A stretch of 63,804 nt of DNA, filler included. It is 9 parts of 9 records of this genome, joined end to end, with 100 filler letters (N's around TTAATTAATTAA, not from the genome) between each part and the next. Parts side by side here need not be neighbours in the genome. Positions count along the whole stretch, not along the records: positions 1 to 8,128 come from SRR31147125_42107; positions 8,229 to 14,250 come from SRR31147125_42116; 7 more parts are not named here. One strand, written 5' to 3'. The position numbers were made by a program, and so were the translations under genes. Positions 1 through 10,704 of this stretch are shown piece by piece (position 1 is the first letter of the stretch; every line of letters begins with the position of its first letter). The notes below the pieces were generated by a model. It had not been told where the DNA came from and did no database searches. It worked only from the letters and a program-made list of their open reading frames with translations.

Positions 1-1791
1 AAAGATACGATCAGAAATATTGCAATTATCGCCCATGTTGATCATGGCAAAACCACACTGATAGATGGAATGCTGAAGCAAAGTGGAACATTCCGGACAA
101 ATCAGGCGGTTGAGACACGCGTGATGGATTCCATGGATCTGGAGCGTGAGCGTGGTATTACCATCGCAGCCAAAAATACGGCGATCCAATACAATAATAT
201 CAAGATCAATATTGTTGACACTCCCGGCCATGCCGATTTTGGCGGAGAAGTTGAACGTAGCTTGAATATGATCGATGGAGTCCTACTCCTGGTTGATGCA
301 TCGGAAGGTCCACTACCGCAAACTCGTTTTGTTCTGAAAAAAGCTCTGGAAAAATCCCTGCCGGTTATTCTTGTTATCAATAAGATCGATCGCAAGGACA
401 GACGGATCGATAGTGTTATTGATGCAGTTTATGATCTTTTTATTGATCTTGGCGCAGATGAAGATCAATTGGAATTTCCCATTTTATATACGAATGCCAA
501 GGCCGGTATTGCTCATCTTGATCTTGAAGATGGATCTGAGGATCTAAAACCACTCTTTGATAAGATCATTTCTTATATTCCAGGTCCCGAAGCTGATGAC
601 AATAGTCCGGTATCATTTCTTGTAACAAATCTAAGCTACGATAATTATGTTGGACAGATCGCTATCGGTCGTCTGCTGAATGGTGTAATTGAATTCAATA
701 AACCCTATTCACACTGCAAAGAAAATGGCATTGATCAAAATATAAAATTCTCGGCTTTGTATACATTTGAAGGTTTAAAACGAGTACCGGTCGAAAAGGT
801 TTATGCCGGTGATATTATTGCTTTGGCAGGAATTGACAAGATCAATATTGGTGATTCCATATCGGAGAATGAAGAACCCAAACCACTTCCCCGCATTACA
901 GTTGATGAACCGACCATCTCGATGGTTTTCTATGTAAATAACGGTCCTTTTGCCGGTACGGAAGGAAAATTCCTCACATCCAGAAACATTAAAGAACGTC
1001 TGGAAAGAGAAATACTTAGCAATGTATCGATCCAGGTAAAGCCTACTGACAGAGCAGATGCTTTTGAGGTCTGCGGACGTGGTGAATTGCAAATGGCCGT
1101 ACTGATCGAGACCATGCGCAGAGAAGGATTTGAACTTTTAGTATCCAAGCCGCATGTCATTACTCGTGAGATCGACGGTGTTCTCAACGAACCTGTCGAA
1201 CACGTACACGTTGAAGTACCTGAAGAATTTGTAGGCGTCGTAACCGAAAAACTTTCAAAGCGTAAAGGCCGCATGCAAAGCATGATCAACAATGGCATTG
1301 GCTACACCCACATGGAGTTCTATGTGCCATCCCGCGGTTTGATCGGCTTTAGAAGTCAATTTCTGACCGACACCAAAGGCATGGGTATCATGAACAGCAT
1401 TTTTCACGGATTTTCTCCCTGGTTTGGTGATATTCCCCAGCGTATCAGCGGCGCCATCGTTGCAGATCGACCCGGAAAAGTGACTGCATATGCAAGCCTT
1501 GCCATGGAAGACCGCGGTGAATTACTAGTCTCAGTTGGTGACAAGGTTTATGCCGGTATGGTCGTTGGTGAACGCAATCTCCCACAAGATCTGAGAGTAA
1601 ATATTGTTAGAGAAAAAAAACTGACAAACATGAGAGCCTCCTCTTCCGATGCAACCGTTACCCTGCATGCACCCAGAATACTTACGCTTGATCAGGCAAT
1701 TGAATTCATATCTGAAGATGAAGTGGTTGAAATCACACCTGAATCGGTTCGTATACGAAAATTTATTCTGGACCAGAGACTGGGCAAATAA
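1..1791 (+). CDS. typA: Translational GTPase TypA/BipA (5' end truncated)
   Basis: Frame is open from base 1: IRNIAIIAHVDHGKTTL (G1), ERERGITI, DTPGHADFGGEVER, NKID, GRGELQ and the BipA C-terminal EDEVVEITPESVRIRK. Confidence 0.97.
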   Translation, partial: KDTIRNIAIIAHVDHGKTTLIDGMLKQSGTFRTNQAVETRVMDSMDLERERGITIAAKNTAIQYNNIKINIVDTPGHADFGGEVERSLNMIDGVLLLVDASEGPLPQTRFVLKKALEKSLPVILVINKIDRKDRRIDSVIDAVYDLFIDLGADEDQLEFPILYTNAKAGIAHLDLEDGSEDLKPLFDKIISYIPGPEADDNSPVSFLVTNLSYDNYVGQIAIGRLLNGVIEFNKPYSHCKENGIDQNIKFSALYTFEGLKRVPVEKVYAGDIIALAGIDKINIGDSISENEEPKPLPRITVDEPTISMVFYVNNGPFAGTEGKFLTSRNIKERLEREILSNVSIQVKPTDRADAFEVCGRGELQMAVLIETMRREGFELLVSKPHVITREIDGVLNEPVEHVHVEVPEEFVGVVTEKLSKRKGRMQSMINNGIGYTHMEFYVPSRGLIGFRSQFLTDTKGMGIMNSIFHGFSPWFGDIPQRISGAIVADRPGKVTAYASLAMEDRGELLVSVGDKVYAGMVVGERNLPQDLRVNIVREKKLTNMRASSSDATVTLHAPRILTLDQAIEFISEDEVVEITPESVRIRKFILDQRLGK

Positions 1792-1870
1792 CCCAAACTT
1801 TATTTACTTACTATTAACTTTTCAAATTCCCTTATTATTATTATAATTTATATATAATTGGGGATATTAT

Positions 1871-2395
1871 ATGAAGAGAGTTTGTGCCTGGTGTAATACA
1901 TCAATGGGTGAAATTGAGTCTGAACGTCACGATACTTCCGCGATCACTCATGGAATATGCAATACCTGTTTAACAGAATTATTCTCTGATAGAAATATCG
2001 ATTTTATCCCATTTCTCAATTCCCTATCAGCTCCGGTCGTTTTGATCGACGATAACAATACCTATCTTTCGGCAAATGATGTAGCTTTATCTATTCTTGA
2101 CAAGCAGCATATTCAACTGAAAAATCAACGTACCGGTGATATTTTTACTTGTGAAAATGCCAGACTGACAGGTGGTTGTGGACATACTGAAAAATGCGGT
2201 GGCTGCAGGATGCTACAGCTGATAAATAATACTTATGACGGTCAAGATGATTTTTCTAATATTCCGGTAACTCTTACCCGTAACAATGATAATATTAGAG
2301 AAGAATTGAATTTACGTGTTTCTACTGAAAAGGTAAATGGATTGGTTCTAATGAGAATTGATCAATTTGATGTGGAAGCAATTGATCAGTCGTAA
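1871..2395 (+). CDS. Stand-alone PAS-like protein with N-terminal CxxC...HGICxxC module
   Basis: CAWC...THGICNTC, then a PAS-like segment (LNSLSAPVVLID...ANDVA) carrying C-x8-C-x5-C-x2-C. Confidence 0.6.
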   Translation: MKRVCAWCNTSMGEIESERHDTSAITHGICNTCLTELFSDRNIDFIPFLNSLSAPVVLIDDNNTYLSANDVALSILDKQHIQLKNQRTGDIFTCENARLTGGCGHTEKCGGCRMLQLINNTYDGQDDFSNIPVTLTRNNDNIREELNLRVSTEKVNGLVLMRIDQFDVEAIDQS

Positions 2396-3096
2396 GAATA
2401 ATAGAAGTCAAGATCCTTGAATTCCCACTTATCTTTTTTCCTGACCCGTATCGTGGAGAAACCATGTTGCTCCATGATTCGTCCCGTTTCCTTATCTATC
2501 ACATAGTATACTTCATCGACCAACCAGTCGATAAACATGCTCTTAGGCTTCATTTGTAAGACAACACAACCGGGTCTTTCATATTTCGAATCATGTATGA
2601 TATCAACCTTCATTTTTACGAGACGCACAGTTTCAGGAGCAAAAATATAAAAAATTGCCGTTTCACCCTTTAATAACTGTTCAAGATATCCCCTAAGTGC
2701 GTATTGTTGAGACGGTGCAAAGATCAAGGGTGTTTTCATGTCTCGTAATTGCTTCTTTTTCTTCCCCTTATACTCAAAGCTCAACTCCGCTTTATCACCT
2801 TTTCTTACAAAACTTGAATGTTCATCGATAATATCAAAATTCAGAAAATTACTGATCGGTTTTCCATTAACAAGCACTACTTGATCATGAGCATGCAAGT
2901 CACCGGCAGGTGTGTGATAATAATGATCAAAGATCGTCGTATCACCTTTTTTAGTTATTGTATTGGTATGGATATATGCCAGATTATCAGGCTCACCTTC
3001 GGGATATAGTTTTGCATAAAAAATATCACTGGCAAAAATATACGAAACAGAAATAATAAGAATGTATATGAGTTTTAATGGCAGTTTGATTGTCAT
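2386..3096 (-). CDS. Exported hypothetical protein
   Basis: 236-aa ORF with a signal-peptide-like N-terminus; last gene of the minus-strand operon. Confidence 0.7.
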   Translation of the reverse strand: MTIKLPLKLIYILIISVSYIFASDIFYAKLYPEGEPDNLAYIHTNTITKKGDTTIFDHYYHTPAGDLHAHDQVVLVNGKPISNFLNFDIIDEHSSFVRKGDKAELSFEYKGKKKKQLRDMKTPLIFAPSQQYALRGYLEQLLKGETAIFYIFAPETVRLVKMKVDIIHDSKYERPGCVVLQMKPKSMFIDWLVDEVYYVIDKETGRIMEQHGFSTIRVRKKDKWEFKDLDFYYSYD

Positions 3097-3122
3097 TGTT
3101 CAAGTTCCCTTTTATATACGGA

Positions 3123-4220
3123 TCAGACGTCGCTTAAGGCTCTTATAACAGCATTATTAACAGCTCGCCTGACCGGAGTAACCGCTTTTTTATCTTGCGG
3201 ATAAACCCTATTCGTTAAAAACACAATAAATATATCTTTTTCATGATCGATCCATGCACAGGTACCGGTATAACCTGTATGTCCAATCGCTGTTTCGGAC
3301 ATCAGATCGCCCGCTGAACTTTTATAGTTGTTCATTCCCCAAGCATAAGCTCTTGTTCCAGCCTGAAGCGTCATGAAAGGTTCTATTGTAGCTTCACTGA
3401 CATATTGGCGCCCCTTGTATTGGCCTTTATTTAGCATTAGTTGGCAGAATTTTGCAAGATCCGGTGCAATAGAGAACAAACCGGCATTCCCGGAATAACC
3501 TTCTAAAGATAAAGCAAGCGGATCGTGAACTTCACCCTGTCTTTTGATCAAGGTACCTGAACTGTCGCCAATAGTTGGAAGACAGATTTTCTTCATTGAC
3601 TCATAAGGTGAATAACAGCTTCGTTCCAAGCCCATGGGTTTTACATAAACCTCATCATAGAATTCCCACATTTTCTTTCCTGTTGCAGATTCAACCACTC
3701 TCATAAGTGTAATAAAATTCAAACAACTATACTTGTATTCACCCAGATCGCGTTGCATTTCAATATTCATGATCAAATCTAAGGTTTCTTGTGATGATTT
3801 TCCCGGTCTTGCATATGCAGGCATCCCACTGTTATGCATAAGCAAATGCTTTACTTTTATGACATCCTTGCCATGATTATTAAATTCCGGCAAATATTCA
3901 ATAACATCTGCCTCGGGATCTACAAGTCCGGAATCAATACACTTCATCACGCACATGCCGGTACCAAATACTTTAGATAATGATGCCAAATCGAAGATCG
4001 AATTCATCTCAACCGGTTTTGAGTCTTCAGCATATGTAAAGTTTCCATAAGCCTTTTCATAAAGTATTTCATCGGAAGTACCGACCAATAGTACTGCTCC
4101 AGGAAATACCCTGTCCTCTATGGATGTTGAAATGATCTCATCAACCGAGCCGAATTGCATTTTAGTGCAAGATGATAAAAACAATATGATGATAATGTTA
4201 AACACCATGATCTTTTTCAT
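3123..4220 (-). CDS. Serine hydrolase, beta-lactamase class C/AmiE-like lipoprotein
   Basis: FDLASLSK (SxxK), LLMHNSG, YKYS, GEVHD, GNAGLFS, GHTGYTG; lipobox LSSC. Confidence 0.9.
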   Translation of the reverse strand: MKKIMVFNIIIILFLSSCTKMQFGSVDEIISTSIEDRVFPGAVLLVGTSDEILYEKAYGNFTYAEDSKPVEMNSIFDLASLSKVFGTGMCVMKCIDSGLVDPEADVIEYLPEFNNHGKDVIKVKHLLMHNSGMPAYARPGKSSQETLDLIMNIEMQRDLGEYKYSCLNFITLMRVVESATGKKMWEFYDEVYVKPMGLERSCYSPYESMKKICLPTIGDSSGTLIKRQGEVHDPLALSLEGYSGNAGLFSIAPDLAKFCQLMLNKGQYKGRQYVSEATIEPFMTLQAGTRAYAWGMNNYKSSAGDLMSETAIGHTGYTGTCAWIDHEKDIFIVFLTNRVYPQDKKAVTPVRRAVNNAVIRALSDV

Positions 4221-4247
4221 ATTAACTCCCACGATCACAAAATTTGT

Positions 4248-4829
4248 TTAAAAATAAGCCTTCAGGTCGGACCAGGTTGCATCAGTTGAAACCGGTATAT
4301 CCTGCCAATAATAGATCACCCAATAATTCTGATTATTCCTAATCAATTTAATATAACTTCTACCATTGAATTCTTTATCAATTCCTTGGCGAGTATGGTT
4401 TGCAATGATATTGTAATTGATCTGATAAGAGATGGTGTCTCCTTCATCACTATCCGGAATATCATCATTGCTAATAGTCAACATAAACAAGGAATCGCTT
4501 GGACAAGCCGCCAGAACTTCTTGAAAAAATAATTCTTCATCCTGCTTATTCCAATCGTAAGGAAAAGTAACAGCTTTTACAGGTGCCGGATCAAAATAAT
4601 AAGCCTTACCGGCCGTTAGTGAATCTGCAAGACAGCGTGAATAAATATCATATTCTCGATATGTAAAAGCATTTTCAAGATTCTGAAAAACAGTCCCGGG
4701 ATTTGTCGGTGGAACAAAATGATCAACAGAAGGCCTTTGAGGTGGTTCTGATCCACGCATCAGGCCCTCGCAAGAGATCAAGGCCAATGCAATAATTATT
4801 AATGCAAAAATGTATACTGATTTTCTCAT
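4248..4829 (-). CDS. Hypothetical lipoprotein
   Basis: Lipobox LISC; abuts neighbouring genes in the operon. Confidence 0.75.
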   Translation of the reverse strand: MRKSVYIFALIIIALALISCEGLMRGSEPPQRPSVDHFVPPTNPGTVFQNLENAFTYREYDIYSRCLADSLTAGKAYYFDPAPVKAVTFPYDWNKQDEELFFQEVLAACPSDSLFMLTISNDDIPDSDEGDTISYQINYNIIANHTRQGIDKEFNGRSYIKLIRNNQNYWVIYYWQDIPVSTDATWSDLKAYF

Positions 4830-5618
4830 TTAAAAGATCATACCAAAAGAAGCCATCATTGGAAAGCCTAAACCATCCTGATGGAAATATTGACCATAGC
4901 CGACACGGAATTTCTTCCATTTGATCTCAGCCCCTACATGATGGATCCTCTGAAGGCTATCGTGACTGTATGCTATTTCGAATACAGGATGAAAATACCT
5001 GATTCCCCATCTAAAAAAGGGATCAACATCAGAATTAATTCCACCCTTGATGGAAACGATCAAAAAATTAAAGATCAGATCGCCACCCATATAGTAACGC
5101 GTGGGCAACTGTGTTCCTACGTTGTTTAAGGGAGACATCCATCCAAGATTTTCAACACCGGCCAAAACACGCCCCATCACATTAATAGTACGTGCTACTT
5201 CAGCATCCAGAGCAGCACCCCAAGAAGATGCATAGAAAAGACTTTCATTGATCAGATTGGCTCTTGCTTTGATACTCCACTTATCATTCAATTCAAATAT
5301 TCTGCCAAGATATAAAGCTGTATTATAATAACCGGTCGTTCCTAAAGGTTCATCAGAAGGAACTTCACCATATATCGGAATGTCATTTGAAATTAATCCT
5401 TTAAATCCAAGCTCATAATCTCCCAATTTTGCAGAGATGGTTGAATAATCGGTTGATTCAAACCATTTTGAATAGGAAAAAACTATATTGTTTTTTTTAT
5501 TGACCGGAGATTGCGGAAAATAACCATCTTGAGCTAAATTAGGAAGAGTCATCACGATCACCCCTTCTCCAGCCAAGCAAATTGAAATCGTAAATAAGAT
5601 CAGAAATAATTTCTTCAT
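4830..5618 (-). CDS. PorV/PorQ-like (UPF0164-like) outer-membrane beta-barrel, divergent
   Basis: Signal peptide, alternating beta-strands, C-terminal Phe, and AALDA...VENLG...LPTRY motifs parallel to the adjacent PorV-like gene. Confidence 0.6.
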   Translation of the reverse strand: MKKLFLILFTISICLAGEGVIVMTLPNLAQDGYFPQSPVNKKNNIVFSYSKWFESTDYSTISAKLGDYELGFKGLISNDIPIYGEVPSDEPLGTTGYYNTALYLGRIFELNDKWSIKARANLINESLFYASSWGAALDAEVARTINVMGRVLAGVENLGWMSPLNNVGTQLPTRYYMGGDLIFNFLIVSIKGGINSDVDPFFRWGIRYFHPVFEIAYSHDSLQRIHHVGAEIKWKKFRVGYGQYFHQDGLGFPMMASFGMIF

Positions 5619-5627
5619 GAATATCTC

Positions 5628-6551
5628 CTAGAAATAGAACAACCAAGTAAAGAGATGCGAACTTCCTTGTTGCAAACTGCCAACGAGGAATGCATAATCC
5701 ATACGGGTTGAAATGTTTTTCCAAAGTTTATATGTCGTCCCCACACCAAAAGTCGGAACTCCATTATCCATACCTGCACGCAAGAATACCGAATCCCAGA
5801 TTTTTCCTTCAACTCCTACATGCCAGGTTGGTTCGATCAGTACTGAATACTTATATGAACCTGTTATCAAAACCTTTTCAAGCAAATTGTATGCGATCCC
5901 AAAATGATAAGCCAAAGGAAAATAATCGACTTTTCGTGTTTGAAAATCAACATAGGATTCCCCGGATGTATCCCAGGTTGTTTTACCTGCAATATCTTTC
6001 AGTACAAATCCGAGTTCAAGATTTTTCAATGGACTCACTCGCAAACCAACATCGGCAGAAAAGCCGCTTGAAGATGAGGAAGCCAATTGATCCGATAATA
6101 CTTTACCGGACACACCAACTGACATCCACGGTGTAATATTTAAACCAAAACCAATAATAAATGCATTTTGGGTCCAGTTGTATTCCACGCCGATATCATT
6201 GGAATAATTTCTGCCGTAAATCTCATCAACTCCGGCATGTATCCATGTCACAGACATACCTGCGTTAGGTGGTAAAGCCACACCAAATGCCAAAGTCTGG
6301 TACGATCTGTCCAGAGAAAGGAACTGAAATGAAGATGAGAATTGTCTAGTGCTGATCGAGGGAATGGATGCGGGATTTGCATTTGTTACATTCACATCAT
6401 CCAAAATGACGGTACCGGCATTTCCAAGAGCCGCAACTCTGGCATCAGCCGGCATTCTAAGGTAAGCACCTCCAACGCCACCGGCTTCATCTTCAGCAAA
6501 TAAGGTGATCGCAAGGATCAAACTAATCAAGATCTTAATATATTTATTCAT
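5628..6551 (-). CDS. PorV/PorQ family outer-membrane protein
   Basis: YLRMPADARVAALGNA...NPASI N-terminal signature, GFSADVG, C-terminal HLFTWLFYF. Confidence 0.8.
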   Translation of the reverse strand: MNKYIKILISLILAITLFAEDEAGGVGGAYLRMPADARVAALGNAGTVILDDVNVTNANPASIPSISTRQFSSSFQFLSLDRSYQTLAFGVALPPNAGMSVTWIHAGVDEIYGRNYSNDIGVEYNWTQNAFIIGFGLNITPWMSVGVSGKVLSDQLASSSSSGFSADVGLRVSPLKNLELGFVLKDIAGKTTWDTSGESYVDFQTRKVDYFPLAYHFGIAYNLLEKVLITGSYKYSVLIEPTWHVGVEGKIWDSVFLRAGMDNGVPTFGVGTTYKLWKNISTRMDYAFLVGSLQQGSSHLFTWLFYF

Positions 6552-6558
6552 TTCTCAC

Positions 6559-8128
6559 CTAATCCAATACTATCAGTTTTGTCCATGCAACCTGTCTTCC
6601 ATCACCATCACCCAGATCATATTCAAGACGAATGAAGTAAACTCCATTGGCAACAAGATTGTTCAAACCGTTCTTTCCATTCCAGACAAATTCGACACGA
6701 TCTGAAGAGACGTATAAATTTTCAGCAATATTTTTTACTCTTGCCATAGAATAATCATAGATATCCACATTTACTCTGCCCGGTGCCGGTAGTTTGCAAT
6801 GCACACGAACATATCCTTCCCCATCCACTTGATTCATTCTGGTCGGTGAGAACGGACTAGGATACGCCGATACAGCCAGATCTTCAACAAATTCTCCGGC
6901 TACTCGCCTGATGATCTCCCAATTCATTCCATTATCATCCGAACGTGCTACACCATCTGCAGTACCAACCCAAAGCTCTCCTTGAGTATCTTCAAGTGCG
7001 CAATAGATTTTCTGTGTAAGAAGTGCCTGTCCGTTTTCATCACGAATATAACCCATATCAACCCAGTTCCAGCCATCAGCGGTATACCAAAAACCTTCTT
7101 CACCGGACACATAAGCATGATCACCACTTTGGGCAAAGATATTATATAAGCGGACATCTTGAAGCTGAGTTTCCCAGTAGATCATACCGTTATTATTTCT
7201 TTGCGAGACCGCTAATCCACGTGTTTCCGTCGATTCTGTCGGAAGCGCAACTGCATAGATGGTACCATTATTGTTTTGAGTAATATCTACAATGAAATTA
7301 CCGGAGATCCCTGAATTCTGCGAACCGAATTTCTCCCAGGTTTCACCTTCGTCATATGAAATATTTACTCCATTAGCCGATCCGACAACAACAGTATCAC
7401 CCTTTATGCTTAAGGAGAACACGCGATGGTTTAAATTATTCTCGTAACCCAGGGCTCCACTAGTCGGACTTAATGAAAAATCCAAAGGTGTTTCGGGATT
7501 CAATGCATCATATCTATCGGGTGGCAATACCACTCTTTCCCAAGTGGCACCTTTGTCAAAACTTTTTCGACAACCACCGGCGAAATTGGCAGACCAAAGA
7601 ACCGTATCACCGGTATTTGTTACCTGCACGGCAAGATCGTAAGTCAGGTTATTTATTCTGGACGTAATAGGTAATGCGGAAACACTTTCGCCATAAACAG
7701 TTTCCAGAGTATCATTAATATCATCTACAGATTGAGGAAAACGTTGCCATGTCCTACCCATGTCCGGTGAATACGAAACGCCATTCCCGACAGGATAATC
7801 GGTATAATAAGAACCTTCAAGCACCATGGTATCGTAAGCTGTGGAAATCCAGATATGTTCACCAAGAACCGCAATACCGGTTACAGCTCCATATGAGACC
7901 GTTTCTCCGCCACCGTAATAGGTGACGATCTTGTTCCCTCTATCATAAGTAATGGAAAGCCCATTACCACTTGCAAAAAGAAAGGTGGAATCATTCATTT
8001 GAACAATATCGGTAACAGCGTTACTACCAAGTCCATCGTAGGCAAGTGAATCATCAATTTCATAACAGTTGACCAGAGGTGAAGAGAAAGCTATAGAGCT
8101 TATCAATATCATTAGTATTAGGATTTTT
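6559..8128 (-). CDS. Secreted Asp-box/beta-propeller protein with C-terminal FlgD-Ig (T9SS-CTD-like) domain; start at contig edge
   Basis: Repeated SxDxGxTW boxes (SPDMGRTW, SFDKGATW, SYDEGETW, SDDNGMNW); C-terminal AYPSPFSP...IYD...WNGKN...VANGVYF. Confidence 0.8.
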
Positions 8129-8228
8129 NNNNNNNNNNNNNNNNNNNNNNNNNNNNNNNNNNNNNNNNNNNNTTAATTAATTAANNNNNNNNNNNNNNNN
8201 NNNNNNNNNNNNNNNNNNNNNNNNNNNN
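8129..8228. other. Artificial contig spacer
   Basis: 44 N + TTAATTAATTAA (stops in all six frames) + 44 N. Confidence 0.99.
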
Positions 8229-9097
8229 TTTTTAACTGTACCTTCAAGTACCTGACCTCGATCAAGATCAATCAGGATCTTTTCGCGTTGTCCCTTTAGC
8301 TCTTCTTCAACGAGGACTCTATGAGATACAACAATATTTTTCCGCATATGATTGACTTTGACAATCTTAAAGTCCATACCCTGGCCAATCAGAGCGTCGA
8401 AATCCCTGATAGGCCGAACATCGATCTGTGAACCTGGTAGAAAAGCGTCAACACCACCTAAATCAACAACAATTCCACCTTTAATTCTACGAACGCATTT
8501 ACCGGTAAGGATTTCATTACTTTCATAAGACTCGATAACTTTAGCCCAGATTCTCATGAAATCCGCTTTCTTTTTCGAAAGCACCAAATACCCATCCGTA
8601 TCTTCGATATCGTCGATAAGTACTTCAATGTTATCACCAATAATGACATCATTAGGATCATCAAATTCATCTATTCCGACAGCACCTTCTGATTTGAAGC
8701 CAATATCAATGGAAACCTCTTTATCGTTAACTGCGAGCACTTTACCAACAACAACTTCGCCCGGAGTAAAATCCGACATGGTTTCTTCATACATTTTGAC
8801 CAGATCTTCAAACTCTTGCTCTGAATACTCTCGTTCAAGATTATCAAGATCTTCCAGACTTGAATATTGACTAATATCGACAGTCTGAATAGTCTCTTTA
8901 GCTGGTGATTTAGAAGAGCCCTTCTCTTCTGTTAACTCTGGAGTCGATTCTTTTTCTGAAGAATCATTAGTAATTTCTTTGTTTTGGTTAGTAGATTCAG
9001 TTGCGCTGGTGGCATCCTGCGCGACATCCTCTTGCTCCAGAGCTGTTTTTTTATCGACAGTTTCATCTGTCGGTTTAGGGTTAATTGTTTCAGACAT
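8229..9097 (-). CDS. rpsA: 30S ribosomal protein S1 (3' truncated) with acidic N-terminal extension
   Basis: S1 domains DIGFKSEG, AFLPGSQID, NIVVSHR; follows cmk-ispH. Confidence 0.96.
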
Positions 9098-9130
9098 AAT
9101 TAGGTTAATCCTCCTTTTATGATTTATTTT

Positions 9131-9994
9131 TTAGCCCAACTGGGCAATGCCTTCAATATCATCTTTCACTTTTTCTAATTGCCATATGGGAGTTGATGCG
9201 CCACCTGTAATTCCTATTGTATCATTTCCCGTGAACCATGTCAGATCGACATCATCTGCAGATTCTATATAGTGGCAATTCCTGTTAACTTTTTTCCCAA
9301 TATTATATAGAACATGTGTATTGGAGCTATTTCTTCCTCCAACAACTAATAAAACATCAACATCTTTAGCAAACGCCCGGATCAGGTCATGTCGTTTATT
9401 TACCTGATTACAGGTCGAATCGTGAATCTCCAGGTCTTTCACAAGCGATAAAAGTTTTTCGCTGACCGAGCTGAATGAGGATTTTGAAACTGTCGTTTGA
9501 CATAAAAGGATCGATTTTTTTTGGCAATCGATCAGGTCAAAATCGTTTTCATCTTTTATAACAATACCCTTATTCTGGCAGTGACCCAATAAACCCATCA
9601 CTTCAGGGTGTTCTTGCTTACCTAAAATAATGATCTGTAATCCTTTAGCATAACGATCGTGAACCAGTTTCTGCAACCTTTTTACGACCGGACATGTGGT
9701 ATCTATTACAGTAGCAGCGGCATCGTTCAACTTTACGCTTAATTCAGCAGAAATGCCGTGAGCCCGAACAAGCACATTCTTGTTCCGAACAAGAGTCAAT
9801 TCTCCATTGTTGACTCTTTCCTGTGCGACAGTTTCAAGTCCTTTACAGGACAATCTTTGCAGTTCTTTTCTATTGTGTATAACCTCACCAAGAGCGGTAA
9901 GTTCATCGTTGTTCTGTAAAAAATCATCTGTTATTTTTAACGCACGTTTCACACCGGCACATACTCCGGCATTTGTATCAATAATCACTTTCAT
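9131..9994 (-). CDS. ispH: 4-hydroxy-3-methylbut-2-enyl diphosphate reductase
   Basis: GVCAGVKRA, IHN, RAHG, DTTCPVV, HPEV, QTT, STC, SSNT, GASTP. Confidence 0.95.
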   Translation of the reverse strand: MKVIIDTNAGVCAGVKRALKITDDFLQNNDELTALGEVIHNRKELQRLSCKGLETVAQERVNNGELTLVRNKNVLVRAHGISAELSVKLNDAAATVIDTTCPVVKRLQKLVHDRYAKGLQIIILGKQEHPEVMGLLGHCQNKGIVIKDENDFDLIDCQKKSILLCQTTVSKSSFSSVSEKLLSLVKDLEIHDSTCNQVNKRHDLIRAFAKDVDVLLVVGGRNSSNTHVLYNIGKKVNRNCHYIESADDVDLTWFTGNDTIGITGGASTPIWQLEKVKDDIEGIAQLG

Positions 9995-10006
9995 AAAATA
10001 ATATTC

Positions 10007-10693
10007 TTATTTAGCCCCTCTTTTTCGGGCTTTAGCAACAACAAAATCGACTTGCTCATCTATTGTTAATCCAGTTGAATCCAAAATAATAGCGTCTTCA
10101 GGTTCCTTTAGAGGACTGTGTTCCCGACTTTTATCGCTTTCATCACGTTTATTGATTTCATTAATCAGGTCGTTTAATTCGACTGGCACTTTGCGTTCTT
10201 TTAATTCCATATATCTTCGTTTAGCTCGTTCATCTATGGAGGCTAACATAAATATTTTTAATTCAGCATCCGGAAATATAACCGTTCCCATGTCTCTTCC
10301 TTCGGCAACGACGCCAGTATGTCTTCCGATTTCCCGCTGTTTGGCAGCCAGGATATCTCTTACTTGCGGATTGGCTGCAACAGGTGCAATAGCACTTGTA
10401 ACTCTCGGCTCTCTTATAACATCAGTAACGTCCAACTCATTCAAAAATACTTTGAGTGAATCATTATTTTCTTCTAATTTTATGCGAGCTTTCCGTGCCA
10501 ATTCAGCTACTTTTTTCTGATCCCTGACATCAACACCTTCATTAAGAGCATATAGTGTTACAGCTCGATATAAAGCACCGGAATCTAAATGAAGAAAACC
10601 CAATTTTCGTGCAACGGCTTTTGCAGTGCTTGTTTTTCCGGATCCGGCTGGTCCATCTATCGTAATAATAAAACGTTTCTTTTGTGAGTCCAA
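10007..10693 (-). CDS. cmk: Cytidylate kinase
   Basis: IDGPAGSGKTS, LDSGALYRA, EGRDMGTVIFPDA. Confidence 0.97.
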   Translation of the reverse strand: MDSQKKRFIITIDGPAGSGKTSTAKAVARKLGFLHLDSGALYRAVTLYALNEGVDVRDQKKVAELARKARIKLEENNDSLKVFLNELDVTDVIREPRVTSAIAPVAANPQVRDILAAKQREIGRHTGVVAEGRDMGTVIFPDAELKIFMLASIDERAKRRYMELKERKVPVELNDLINEINKRDESDKSREHSPLKEPEDAIILDSTGLTIDEQVDFVVAKARKRGAK

Positions 10694-10704
10694 AGTACTT
10701 TCTT

